Assembly: GCA_964387405.1 (NCBI GenBank)
Contig: CAYLXY010000001.1
Location: 1-25,668, forward strand
Length of the DNA: 25,668 nucleotides
DNA from: an uncultured Clostridiaceae bacterium
GTDB lineage: Bacteria; Bacillota; Clostridia; Peptostreptococcales; Natronincolaceae
Direction of reading: 5' to 3'
This document shows, in pieces, positions 10,473 to 20,280 of the stretch; positions within the stretch are counted from its first letter, which is position 1; the number at the start of each line of letters is the position of its first letter. Under the pieces are notes generated by a model. It was not told the origin of the DNA and did no database searches. It was given only the letters and a program-made list of their open reading frames with translations. A program made the position numbers and the translations under genes.

Positions 10473-11580
10473 AAGTTGTCTAGGCGTAATAAGTTTTGAT
10501 AATATAGGCAGTGAGTTTGGGGATTTATGTAAAAACAGACCAGCTTATATGCTGCCTTTTGCTGGTAGATACAGAATAGTGGATTTTACCCTGTCTAATA
10601 TGATAAATCATGGTATTCGTACAATAGCAGTTTTTACTGGGGAAAAGGTACAATCAACTCTAAATCATTTAGGGGATGGTAGGCCTTGGGATTTAAACAG
10701 AAGAATGGGAGGACTATCTATATTTCCACCTTTGTTTGATGATAAAAAAAGGCGAAGCGGAGATATATATCAATATCATGTAACAGAAGATTACTTTACA
10801 AACTCTAGAGCAGAATATATATTTATTGCTAGTCCTAATGTTTTAGCCAAGGTAGATTTAGTTGAAGCCTTTGAGTATTTTTTACAAACAGATGCAGATA
10901 TTACTCTTTTATATAAAAAACAGACTAACGATAGTGATGCTTATATAAATAGTGAAAAATTAATATTAAATGATAATGGAGAGCTTGTTAACATTGGTAT
11001 TAATTTAGGATCGGAAGATGAATTTAACTTATTTATGTATATGGGTTTTGTAAAAAAGGAAATATTTTTAGAAATAGTTAAAAGAGGAATGGAAACAGGC
11101 AAAGATCTTTATTTTAAACAGGCTATGATAAGTAAAAAAAGTGAATACAAAATTAATAGTTATGAATTTAAAGGTCATGTAGAGCACATTAAAGGATTTA
11201 AATCTTATTATAATGCAAATATGAATTTATTAGATGATGAAATATTCAGTGAGCTATTTTACAAAAATGGAACAATACTTACCAAATCTGAAGATGAGCC
11301 ATCTACATTTTATATTGCAAATCCCAAAGTAAAAAATTCTTTAATAGCAAATGGTTGTATAATAGAAGGGCAAGTAGAAAATTCTATTTTATTTAGGGGA
11401 GTTAAAGTGGGTAAAAACGCAGTAATTAAAGATTCCATTGTAATGCAAAAATCTGTTATTGAAGAGGATGTTGTACTTACAAATACAATATTGGATAAGT
11501 ATACTAGAGTAAAAAAGGGAGTAAGTATAGTAGGTACTAAGGAGAATCCATATATAGGAGAAAAAAATTCAATAATATAA
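10465..11580 (+). CDS. glgD: Glucose-1-phosphate adenylyltransferase, GlgD subunit
   Basis: 371 aa; GlgC-paralogous [17 protein letters not shown] and WDLNR, degenerate nucleotidyltransferase loop, [12 protein letters not shown]; overlaps glgC by 8 nt. Confidence 0.93.
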   Translation: MFESCLGVISFDNIGSEFGDLCKNRPAYMLPFAGRYRIVDFTLSNMINHGIRTIAVFTGEKVQSTLNHLGDGRPWDLNRRMGGLSIFPPLFDDKKRRSGDIYQYHVTEDYFTNSRAEYIFIASPNVLAKVDLVEAFEYFLQTDADITLLYKKQTNDSDAYINSEKLILNDNGELVNIGINLGSEDEFNLFMYMGFVKKEIFLEIVKRGMETGKDLYFKQAMISKKSEYKINSYEFKGHVEHIKGFKSYYNANMNLLDDEIFSELFYKNGTILTKSEDEPSTFYIANPKVKNSLIANGCIIEGQVENSILFRGVKVGKNAVIKDSIVMQKSVIEEDVVLTNTILDKYTRVKKGVSIVGTKENPYIGEKNSII

Positions 11581-11621
11581 AGAAAAAACCTAGTTTTGTT
11601 TTATAAAATGCTGTATTAGGA

Positions 11622-13058
11622 GTGATAAAGATAGATATACTATATGTAACATCAGAGGCTTTTCCCTTTGTAAAAACAGGAGGCTTAGGTGATGTGGCTG
11701 GTTCTTTACCCTTAGCAATTAAAAAACAGGGTCATGATATTAGGGTAGTTTTGCCACTTCATTCTGCTGTAGAAGAAAAGTATGTAAAGAAGATGGAAAA
11801 AATCGCAGAATTCACTGTGGATCTCGGTTGGAGAAATCAATATGTAGGTGTTTTACAATTAGAATATGAAGATATGATCTTTTACTTTATAGATAATGAA
11901 TATTATTTTAAAAGAAACAATCTTTACGGAGAGTTTGATGATGGGGAGAGGTATGCTTATTTCTCTAAAGTTGTAGCCTTACTTCCTAAAATAATAAATT
12001 TTAAACCAAATGTCATACATACAAATGATTGGCATTCTGCCTTGGTTAATCTGTATGTAAAGGATTTTAGAAAAGGCGATTGCTATTATAATGATATAAA
12101 AACTGTATTTACTATACATAATTTAAAATATCAGGGTATATTTGATGCTTGGATATTATCTAGTATTTTAGGATTATCAGAAGAATATTTTCAGGATGAT
12201 GGTATGAAATATTATGATAAGATAAATTATATGAAGGCTGGTATAGTTTATTGTGATAAATTAACTACAGTATCTCAAACATATGCAGAAGAGATAAAAT
12301 ATCAGTTTTTTGGTGAAGGTTTAGAAGGTATAATAAGAAAAGAAGAATATAAGTTAGTAGGAATAGTTAATGGAATAGATTATGATGTTTATAATCCAGT
12401 AGAAGATAAATATATTGAATATAATTATGATTTTAATAATTTATGCAATAAATATAAAAATAAAGAAAAAATACAAAAACTTTATGGATTAGAAGTAAAA
12501 GAAGATATTCCTCTTATAGCTATGGTAACGAGAATGGTAGCTATGAAAGGTATAGACTTAATTAAACATGTTTTAGGAGAACTTGTACAAGAAGATATTC
12601 AATTAGTGGTACTAGGTACAGGGGATAAGGAATATGAGGATTTATTTAAATTTTTTGAATATAGTTATCCATCTCAAATAGCCGCTAGAATCTATTTTAG
12701 CGAAGAAGAAGCACATGAAATTTATGCCGGAGCAGATATGCTTCTAATGCCATCCATGGCAGAACCTTGTGGTATATCTCAATTAATAGCTTTAAGGTAT
12801 GGTACAATACCTATTGTAAGAGAAACTGGTGGATTAAAGGATACAGTTATAGCTTATAATAAATTTAATCAAGATGGTAATGGTTTTAGCTTTAAAAATT
12901 ACAATGCTCACGAGCTCTTATTCACTATAAAGAATGCTATTGAAATATATAAAAATGATGAAAAGGCTTGGAAAAATTTAATTTTTAATGCTATGAGCTC
13001 AAAGAATGATTGGGAGGCCTCCTCACTTGAATATATAAACTTGTATGAAAAACTATAA
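11622..13058 (+). CDS. glgA: Glycogen synthase (GT5); 5' end uncertain (GTG 11622 or ATA 11631)
   Basis: KTGGLGDV, HTNDWH, FTIHNLKYQG, NGIDY, EPCGISQL, TGGLKDT motifs. Confidence 0.96.
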   Translation: MIKIDILYVTSEAFPFVKTGGLGDVAGSLPLAIKKQGHDIRVVLPLHSAVEEKYVKKMEKIAEFTVDLGWRNQYVGVLQLEYEDMIFYFIDNEYYFKRNNLYGEFDDGERYAYFSKVVALLPKIINFKPNVIHTNDWHSALVNLYVKDFRKGDCYYNDIKTVFTIHNLKYQGIFDAWILSSILGLSEEYFQDDGMKYYDKINYMKAGIVYCDKLTTVSQTYAEEIKYQFFGEGLEGIIRKEEYKLVGIVNGIDYDVYNPVEDKYIEYNYDFNNLCNKYKNKEKIQKLYGLEVKEDIPLIAMVTRMVAMKGIDLIKHVLGELVQEDIQLVVLGTGDKEYEDLFKFFEYSYPSQIAARIYFSEEEAHEIYAGADMLLMPSMAEPCGISQLIALRYGTIPIVRETGGLKDTVIAYNKFNQDGNGFSFKNYNAHELLFTIKNAIEIYKNDEKAWKNLIFNAMSSKNDWEASSLEYINLYEKL

Positions 13059-13068
13059 GAGGTGAAAT

Positions 13069-14973
13069 ATGCATAGAGATATTAGAAATTTAGGTGCTAA
13101 TTATACTCCTACTCAAACCATATTTAGAGTGTGGGCACCTAGTAGAGAAGAAGTAGAAATTTTACTATATGAAGATTGGAATAAGGAATGTAATAGAGCA
13201 TTTAAAATGGAGAAAATGCCTGACGGTGTTCATGAATGCACAATAAGAGAAAATTTAAAGGGCAAGTACTATACTTATTTAGTAGAAAACTCCTATGAAG
13301 TTACAGACCCTTATTCTGTAGCTTCTTCTATAAATAGTAAAAAAAGTGCAATTATAGATTTAAAAGAAACTAATCCGGTGGGATGGGAAAGTCATACTAT
13401 ACCTTCAACGGATTGGAAATGTGAAGAAATAATATATGAACTGCATATAAAAGATTTTACTATTCACCCAAGTAGTGGTGCTAAAAATAGAGGTAAATAT
13501 TTAGGTTTAGTCGAGGAAGGTACATCTTATAATGGATTGGCTACAGGAATTGATCATTTGAAAGATTTAGGGGTTACTTGTGTTCATTTAATGCCTGTTT
13601 ATGATTATTTAACAGTTAAAGAGGATAAAGAATATTTTCATAATGATTATAATTATAATTGGGGCTATGATCCAGAGTTGTATAATGTACCTGAGGGATC
13701 TTATGCAACAGAACCTACAGAACCTACAAATAGAATATTCGAATTAAAAACAGCTATAATGAAATTACATGAAGCGGGAATTAAAGTAATAGTAGATGTT
13801 GTATATAATCATACTTATTTAGGTAAAGATTCTAATTTTAATATTTTGTATCCAAATTACTATTATAGAATAAATAATGATGGAAGTTTTTCTGATGGCT
13901 GCGGATGTGGAAATGAACTAGCAACAGAAAAACCTATGGTTAGAAGTTTTGTTATTGAGTCTTTAAAGTTTTGGCTAGAAGAGTATAAAGTAGATGGTTT
14001 TAGATTTGACTTAATGGCTCTTATAGATAGAGATACTGTTAAGATGGCAGTAGCTACCCTAAAGAGTATTAAGGATGATCTAATAATATACGGAGAACCT
14101 TGGGCAGCTAATTATACAGTATTACCAGACTATATGATGAGCACAAAGGAAACATTAGAAAAATCAGATGTTTCTATGTTTAATGATATATATAGGGATG
14201 CTATAAAGGGAGATAATGATGGGTATATAAAAGGCTTTAGTCAAGGGGATATGAAGCACAAGATTGACGTAGAAAAAGGAATTATTGGAGGTTTTTTTAA
14301 ACTTCCACATAGGTCTATAAACTATATAAATTCCCATGATAATTTAATATTATATGATAAAATGAAAAAAGTATCTAAATTTACTTGTGAAGATGAGATT
14401 ATAATGCATAATAAATTAGCTTTAAGTATTTTATTTACTTCTCAAGGGATTCCCTTTATACATGCTGGAAATGAGTTTTTAAGGACTAAATATTTAAATA
14501 AAAATACTTATAATTCTCCAGTATCTATTAATCAGATAGATTGGAGCTTAAAGGATAGAAATATTGATTTTTATAATTATGTTAAGGATCTAATTAGAAT
14601 CAGAAAAATGTATAAAGAATTTACTATGGCAAATCCAGAAGAAATTAAGAGAAGAATTAAGTTTTTAGATATGAGATTTCATTGTAATTTAATAGTTTAT
14701 ACAATTAATAGAAAAATTACCTGTGATAGTTTGTTAGTAATTCATAATGGTAATGATAAGGAAGCAATCTTAAAGACTTCTAATTTAATAGCACACTTAG
14801 AATATTGGTATAGTGTTACACCTGAAAGTATAACCCTAACTCAAGTATTTGGTAATCAAGGTATTATAGAAGATAAAAAAGATTTAGTAGATGTAAAGGA
14901 AGTGATTATACCCAAATATAGCACTTACATATATGAAGCAACTGCAGGAACAGACATATATTGTATAATTTAA
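13069..14973 (+). CDS. pulA: Type I pullulanase / glycogen-debranching enzyme (GH13, cytoplasmic)
   Basis: 634 aa; FRVWAP, YELHIKDF, YNWGYDP (pullulanase signature), DVVYNHT, GFRFDLM, YGEPW, SHDN; no signal peptide apparent. Confidence 0.92.
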   Translation: MHRDIRNLGANYTPTQTIFRVWAPSREEVEILLYEDWNKECNRAFKMEKMPDGVHECTIRENLKGKYYTYLVENSYEVTDPYSVASSINSKKSAIIDLKETNPVGWESHTIPSTDWKCEEIIYELHIKDFTIHPSSGAKNRGKYLGLVEEGTSYNGLATGIDHLKDLGVTCVHLMPVYDYLTVKEDKEYFHNDYNYNWGYDPELYNVPEGSYATEPTEPTNRIFELKTAIMKLHEAGIKVIVDVVYNHTYLGKDSNFNILYPNYYYRINNDGSFSDGCGCGNELATEKPMVRSFVIESLKFWLEEYKVDGFRFDLMALIDRDTVKMAVATLKSIKDDLIIYGEPWAANYTVLPDYMMSTKETLEKSDVSMFNDIYRDAIKGDNDGYIKGFSQGDMKHKIDVEKGIIGGFFKLPHRSINYINSHDNLILYDKMKKVSKFTCEDEIIMHNKLALSILFTSQGIPFIHAGNEFLRTKYLNKNTYNSPVSINQIDWSLKDRNIDFYNYVKDLIRIRKMYKEFTMANPEEIKRRIKFLDMRFHCNLIVYTINRKITCDSLLVIHNGNDKEAILKTSNLIAHLEYWYSVTPESITLTQVFGNQGIIEDKKDLVDVKEVIIPKYSTYIYEATAGTDIYCII

Positions 14974-14996
14974 TAGAAAAGTAAAATTAAAATGTA

Positions 14997-15025
14997 TTGA
15001 CAAATATACTACTATAGTTTAATAT
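14997..15025 (+). promoter_or_regulatory. Sigma-A promoter of the his leader
   Basis: TTGACA (14997-15002), 17-nt spacer, TAATAT (15020-15025), immediately upstream of the T-box leader. Confidence 0.6.
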
Positions 15026-15052
15026 GTTAAATTAATAGAAGTATTTTAAAAT

Positions 15053-15352
15053 CAAATGCTTTGATGAGAAATAGTAAAAATATATATTCTTTTATAGAGA
15101 GTTCCCGGTTGGTGAGAGGGGCATTAGAAAATATTTTGAACACGTCTCTGAGCTATGCACCGAAACCTTTGAGGAAGTAGATTGCATCGGAAAATTCGCA
15201 CCCGTTATAGTGCTAGAGTATAATCAAGGAAATAATATCTTGACGTACTTGAAGAGATTGATGCTGTAAAGCATCAATAAAAAGAGGTGGGACCACGTGA
15301 GTATATATAACTCTCGTCCTCTAGCTATAGCTAGAGACGAGGGTTTATTTTA
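15053..15352 (+). promoter_or_regulatory. Histidine T-box riboswitch (transcription attenuator)
   Basis: Stem I with AGTA and GGTTGGTGAGAG elements; specifier GAA-CAC (His codon at 15141-15143); stem III ATTGATGC/GCATCAAT (15257-15278); T-box GAGGTGGGACCACG (15284-15297) with UGGG-ACC bulge, where G fits the C73 discriminator of tRNA-His; terminator at 15313-15352. Confidence 0.95.
15313..15352 (+). terminator. T-box attenuator terminator
   Basis: CTCGTC-C-TCTAGC / GCTAGA-GACGAG stem with TATA loop followed by a T-rich tract; CGTCCTC also pairs with the T-box as antiterminator. Confidence 0.9.
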
Positions 15353-15394
15353 TTTTAAATTTAACAGATAAAGTATAAAGGAGGAAATATATAT

Positions 15395-16612
15395 ATGAAA
15401 TCAAGAAGAGTATTATTACCAGAAGGAGTACAAGACCTACTTATTGACGATTGTATTCATCGCAGACAAATCGAGGATAAGATTATGAACAACTTTACAC
15501 AATCAGGTTATATGGAAGTTAGCAGCCCTACTTTAGAATATTTTGATTTATTTTCTACAGATTATTTAGGAAATTATGGGGACAACACATTTAAGTTTAT
15601 GGATACAAACGGAAGAATAATGGTCCTACGTCCAGATTGTACTGTGCCTATTGTTAGAATACTTTCTACCAAAATGAAGGATTTTGTCTTTCCATTAAGA
15701 CTATGTTATGTGCAGGATGTATTTCGTATAGACGAGGAACAAGCTGGCAAGAAGAGAGAATTTAGGCAGGCAGGAGTAGAGCTATTTGGTATTGACTCCT
15801 ATAAGGCAGATGTGGAAATAATAATTACAGCTATAGAAAGCTTAAAAGATCTAGGTTTGGAGAATTTTAAAATTGAGATAGGTCAAACTAAATTATTGAA
15901 AGGAATTTTGGAAGCTATAGAAATAGCAGATGAGGAAAAACAGGCAATTATTGAAAACATGGAAAATAAAAACCTTGTTGCATTTGACAGTCTATTAGAA
16001 GACTTACCTATAGAAAAAGATATAAGAACTGTATTAAGAAAATTACCAAGATTATTTGGAAGTACAAAGGAAGTTTTAAATGAAATAAATAATCTTCCAC
16101 TAACATCTTCTATGAAAGAGGCAGTAAAAGAATTGGAGAAAATATGTAAATCCATTGAAGAATATGGTTTAGGACAGTATATATCATTGGATTTAGGAAT
16201 GATTACTACTTTAAAATATTATAGTGGAGTGATTTTCAAAGGTTTTACTAAGGAATTAGGGGAAGTATTATTAAGTGGAGGTCGTTATGATAGACTTTTA
16301 AAAGATTTTGATATGGAATCTCCAGCCACTGGTTTTGCATTTTTAATAAGTAAAATTACAAAAGCTTTAAAGATACAAGAAAATTTAAAGATAGATAAGC
16401 AAAAGCATGTACTTTTATTAGAAGACCAAGGGTGCAAAGCGACTGCTAATATAGTAGCTTCCTTGAGAAAACAAGGATATATTGTAGAAGTAAGTCTTTT
16501 AAAAGATAAAGAAGATTTGTTGGAATATATAGAAAGAAGAAAAATAGATGAAGTTATGAAAATAGATGAAGATGGGAATGTCAATATTATAGAAGATTTA
16601 GGAGGGATATAG
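15395..16612 (+). CDS. hisZ: ATP phosphoribosyltransferase regulatory subunit
   Basis: 405 aa HisRS-like; LPEGVQD, LRPDCTVPIVR, REFRQAGVELFG, YYSGVIF, GGRYD; first gene after the His T-box. Confidence 0.93.
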   Translation: MKSRRVLLPEGVQDLLIDDCIHRRQIEDKIMNNFTQSGYMEVSSPTLEYFDLFSTDYLGNYGDNTFKFMDTNGRIMVLRPDCTVPIVRILSTKMKDFVFPLRLCYVQDVFRIDEEQAGKKREFRQAGVELFGIDSYKADVEIIITAIESLKDLGLENFKIEIGQTKLLKGILEAIEIADEEKQAIIENMENKNLVAFDSLLEDLPIEKDIRTVLRKLPRLFGSTKEVLNEINNLPLTSSMKEAVKELEKICKSIEEYGLGQYISLDLGMITTLKYYSGVIFKGFTKELGEVLLSGGRYDRLLKDFDMESPATGFAFLISKITKALKIQENLKIDKQKHVLLLEDQGCKATANIVASLRKQGYIVEVSLLKDKEDLLEYIERRKIDEVMKIDEDGNVNIIEDLGGI

Positions 16613-17245
16613 GTGGAAAAGGTAAAATTAGGTTTAACCAAGGGAAGATTACTTAAACATACTATTAAATTATTAGAAAAATCAGGAATTAACTGCGATC
16701 CACTAAAAGAAGATAATAGAAAGTTAGTATTTTTATTAGAAGATTATAATATAGAAGTAATTTTACTAAAAGCAGCAGATGTTCCTACTTATGTAGAGCA
16801 TGGAGTAGTAGATATGGGAGTTGCAGGTAAGGATGTTTTATTAGAGCAGGAAAAACACTTATATGAGGTATTAGATTTAAAGATGGGACAGTGTAAATTT
16901 TCTGTGGCAGGTAAACCTTCTATGAAGAACGGAAAGAAACATTTGCTTGTAGCTACAAAGTATCCAAATGTTGCTAAAAAACACTTTGCAGGAAAAGGTC
17001 AGTCTGTAGAAATTATACGACAAGAAGGCTCTGTAGAGTTAGCACCTATAATGGGATTATCCGATGTTATTGTGGATATTGTAGAAACAGGTAAGACTTT
17101 AAAAGAAAATGGGCTAATAGTCTTAGAGGATATAGCTGATATTAGTGCTCGTTTAGTAGTAAATGAAGTTAGTTATAAAACCAAGAAAAAAGATATAAGT
17201 AGAATTATTGATTTAATTGAAAAAGCAGTAGACCAGGAGGCGTAA
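16613..17245 (+). CDS. hisG: ATP phosphoribosyltransferase, short form
   Basis: 210 aa, GTG start; TKGRL, DVPTYVEHG, GKDVLLE, ATKYP, GSVELAP, DIVETGKTLKENGL. Confidence 0.96.
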   Translation: MEKVKLGLTKGRLLKHTIKLLEKSGINCDPLKEDNRKLVFLLEDYNIEVILLKAADVPTYVEHGVVDMGVAGKDVLLEQEKHLYEVLDLKMGQCKFSVAGKPSMKNGKKHLLVATKYPNVAKKHFAGKGQSVEIIRQEGSVELAPIMGLSDVIVDIVETGKTLKENGLIVLEDIADISARLVVNEVSYKTKKKDISRIIDLIEKAVDQEA

Positions 17246-17247
17246 TT

Positions 17248-18537
17248 ATGATGAAAACTATTGATTTACAAGGTTCTGGCAGAGCTGAATTTCTAAAAGA
17301 ACTAGAAGAAAGAAGTACAGTGGATTTTAAAGATTATGAAGAAACTGTTAAAAATATATTGTCTAAGGTAATGGTTGAAGGAGATCTAGCTTTATTTAAA
17401 TATACAAAAGAATTTGATGGAGCAGATTTAAGTAAAAAAGGAATGAAAGTAAGTGATGAAGAAGTAAAAGAAGCTTACAATGAAGTTTCAGAAGATTATT
17501 TAAAAGCCATAAATTTAGCTATTAAAAACATAACAGATTATCATAAAAATCAAATTCAAAATTCATGGTTTACTTCATCAGATGGTATTATTTTAGGACA
17601 AAAAGTAACACCAATTGCTAGTGTTGGCATTTATGTACCAGGTGGTACAGCAGCTTACCCCTCTTCTGTGTTGATGAATGCTATTCCTGCTAAGGTAGCA
17701 GGAGTAAAGAGGATTGCAATGATAAGTCCACCAAATAAAGATGGAAAATTACCAGCAGGAGTTTTAGTTGCAGCTAAGGAATTAGGTATTAATGAAATAT
17801 ATAAGGTAGGCGGTGCTCAAGGTGTAGGCGCTTTAGCCTATGGGACAGAAACTATAGAAAAGGTTAATAAAATTGTAGGTCCGGGAAACATTTATGTAGC
17901 AACTGCAAAACGTGAAGTTTATGGTTATGTTGATATTGATATGATTGCAGGTCCTAGTGAGATTTTAATAATTGCTGATGATTCTGCTAATCCTAAATAT
18001 CTAGCAGCAGACTTACTATCCCAAGCAGAACATGATGAGCTTTCTTCTTCAATACTTATTACGACTAGTAAGGAAATAGGTAAAGCTGTGGTCAAAGAAG
18101 TTCAAATACAAACAGCTAAATTAGAAAGAAAAGATATAATTGAAAAATCCTTAAGTGATTATGGTAAAGTTATTTTAGTAGAAGATCTAGAAGAGGCAGT
18201 AAAATTATCTAATGAAATTGCTCCAGAACATTTAGAGTTATGTGTAGATAATCCATTTGATTTATTAGATAAAGTAGAAAACGCAGGAGCTATATTTTTA
18301 GGAAACTATTCACCAGAGCCCTTAGGGGATTATTTAGCTGGACCTAATCATGTTTTACCAACTAGTGGAACTGCTAAGTTTTATTCACCTTTATCAGTAG
18401 ATGATTTTATAAAAAAATCTAGTATCATTTATTATAATGAAAAAGCTTTAAAAAATGTAAAGGATGAAGTTATGACTTTAGCAGAGTCAGAAGGACTAAC
18501 TGCCCATAAAAATTCTATTAAAGTGAGGTTCGAATAG
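17248..18537 (+). CDS. hisD: Histidinol dehydrogenase
   Basis: 429 aa; YVPGG, KIVGPGN, AGPSE, DLLSQAEHD, APEHLE, AGPNHVLPT. Confidence 0.97.
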   Translation: MMKTIDLQGSGRAEFLKELEERSTVDFKDYEETVKNILSKVMVEGDLALFKYTKEFDGADLSKKGMKVSDEEVKEAYNEVSEDYLKAINLAIKNITDYHKNQIQNSWFTSSDGIILGQKVTPIASVGIYVPGGTAAYPSSVLMNAIPAKVAGVKRIAMISPPNKDGKLPAGVLVAAKELGINEIYKVGGAQGVGALAYGTETIEKVNKIVGPGNIYVATAKREVYGYVDIDMIAGPSEILIIADDSANPKYLAADLLSQAEHDELSSSILITTSKEIGKAVVKEVQIQTAKLERKDIIEKSLSDYGKVILVEDLEEAVKLSNEIAPEHLELCVDNPFDLLDKVENAGAIFLGNYSPEPLGDYLAGPNHVLPTSGTAKFYSPLSVDDFIKKSSIIYYNEKALKNVKDEVMTLAESEGLTAHKNSIKVRFE

Positions 18538-18538
18538 T

Positions 18539-19594
18539 ATGTTAAATAGTTTAGTTAAAGATAATATAAAAAGTCTTCTAGCTTATAAAGTAGAAGACTC
18601 TGCAAATATGGTAAAATTAGATGCTAATGAAAATAATAATGTAAGCTATCTATTAAATGAAAAGCTGAGTAAAGCCATTATGGAATCAAAAATAAATGAG
18701 TATCCTGATTCAGACTGTGTGGAGCTTAGAAGTATTTTAGAAAAGGAACTTAAAATAGATTCCGAGAAAATAATAGTAACTTGTGGGTCAGATCAGTTAA
18801 TCGCTTTAATCATGAGTGCTTTTATAGATAATGGGGACAAAATGTTAACTCATACTCCTACTTTTGGTATGTATAAAATTGCAAGTCAAATAGCAGGAGG
18901 ACTTACTATAGAAGTACCTTTAAATGATGATTTTACTTTTGATTTAAATAGTTTTTTAAAGGCTATGGAAAAAGAGAATCCTAAAGTTGTATTTCTTACT
19001 AATCCTAATAATCCTACGGGAAATATTATAGCTAGGGAAGAAATAATAAAAATATTAGAATCAAGCAAGGGTATAGTAGTTGTAGATGAAGCTTATTACG
19101 AATTTTATGGAGAATCTGTAATTGATTTAATAGATAAGTATAAAAATTTGATTGTTTTAAGAACTTTATCTAAAGCATACGGATTAGCAGGGGCTAGAGT
19201 AGGTTATGGACTTGCATCAAAAAAATTTATGGATATTTTATACAAAGTAAAACCCCCTTATAATGTTGCCAGTTTAAGTCAAATGTCTGCTAAAATTTGC
19301 TTGGAAAATAAAGATATAATGTATAAAGCAGTAGATGAAATTGTCAAAGAGCGAGAGAGGATTTTAGAATTATTAAAGGAAATACCTAATTTAAAGATTT
19401 TTGAAAGTTATGCTAATTTTATTTTATTTAGATTAGATAATGCTAAAGAAGTTTATAATTATTTATTAGATAATAAGGTATTAATACGATATTTTGGAGA
19501 TAAAGGACCTCTAGCTGGATGTCTTCGCCTTTCTATTGGAAAAAAAGAAGAGAATGAGTTGGTTATAAAGTTACTTAAAGAATTACTTGTATAA
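18539..19594 (+). CDS. hisC: Histidinol-phosphate aminotransferase
   Basis: 351 aa; LDANEN, YPD, NPNNPTG, VVDEAY, RTLSKAYGLAGARVG (PLP lysine). Confidence 0.95.
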   Translation: MLNSLVKDNIKSLLAYKVEDSANMVKLDANENNNVSYLLNEKLSKAIMESKINEYPDSDCVELRSILEKELKIDSEKIIVTCGSDQLIALIMSAFIDNGDKMLTHTPTFGMYKIASQIAGGLTIEVPLNDDFTFDLNSFLKAMEKENPKVVFLTNPNNPTGNIIAREEIIKILESSKGIVVVDEAYYEFYGESVIDLIDKYKNLIVLRTLSKAYGLAGARVGYGLASKKFMDILYKVKPPYNVASLSQMSAKICLENKDIMYKAVDEIVKERERILELLKEIPNLKIFESYANFILFRLDNAKEVYNYLLDNKVLIRYFGDKGPLAGCLRLSIGKKEENELVIKLLKELLV

Positions 19595-19605
19595 AGATAA
19601 ATAAC

Positions 19606-19658
19606 AAGGATCTTGGTGTGTGGCAAACGAAACGTCCCCATGGCGCGTAGCTGATCCT
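19606..19658. repeat. GC-rich hairpin insert between hisC and hisB
   Basis: AAGGATC (19606-19612) / GATCCTT (19652-19658) enclose a 39-nt GC-rich core containing GTGGCAAACGAAACGTCCC; function unknown. Confidence 0.4.
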
Positions 19659-19681
19659 TATAAAAGAAAAGAGGTAATAGA

Positions 19682-20272
19682 ATGAAAAATAGAGTATGTA
19701 CTTTAGAACGGTCTACTACAGAAACATCCATAAAAATGGATATAAATATTGATGGTATGGGTGAAAATAATATAGATACGGGAATTCCATTTTTTGATCA
19801 TATGTTGATGCAAATTTCCCGTCATGGTTTTGTAGACTTAAATATTGAGGCAAAGGGAGATATTGAAGTAGACTTTCATCATACAGTAGAAGATGTAGGT
19901 ATTATTTTAGGCCAAGCTATTGCTGAGGCCTTGGGAGATAAAAAAGGAATTGTAAGATATGCTACTTCCTTTATTCCTATGGATGAAGCTTTATCCACAG
20001 TATCAATGGATATAAGTGGCAGGCCTTATTTTCATTATGAGGCAGAATTTATGGGAGAATTAAGTGGAAACTTTGAAGTGCAACTTATAGAGGAGTTTTT
20101 TAGGGCAGTGGCTTTTAATAGTGGAATGACTCTTCATGTTAGAAATTTATATGGTAAAAATAGTCATCATATTATAGAGAGTATTTTTAAGGCCTTTGCA
20201 AAGGCTCTAGATAGTGCTACTGGTTACGATCCTAGAATAGAAGGAGTTATGTCTACAAAAGGGAAATTATAG
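19682..20272 (+). CDS. hisB: Imidazoleglycerol-phosphate dehydratase (monofunctional)
   Basis: 196 aa; RSTTET, TGIPFFDHML, DFHHTVED, PMDEAL, NSHHIIE, STKG. Confidence 0.97.
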   Translation: MKNRVCTLERSTTETSIKMDINIDGMGENNIDTGIPFFDHMLMQISRHGFVDLNIEAKGDIEVDFHHTVEDVGIILGQAIAEALGDKKGIVRYATSFIPMDEALSTVSMDISGRPYFHYEAEFMGELSGNFEVQLIEEFFRAVAFNSGMTLHVRNLYGKNSHHIIESIFKAFAKALDSATGYDPRIEGVMSTKGKL

Positions 20273-20280
20273 GTGTATTA

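Noticed and set aside
9315-11580. Tandem glgC-like genes as a novel duplication
   Set aside because: This is the known Firmicute GlgC/GlgD heterotetramer arrangement.
19622-19640. GGCAAAC...GAAA resemblance to a c-di-GMP-I riboswitch
   Set aside because: No P1/P2/P3 architecture or downstream consensus; the segment is too short.
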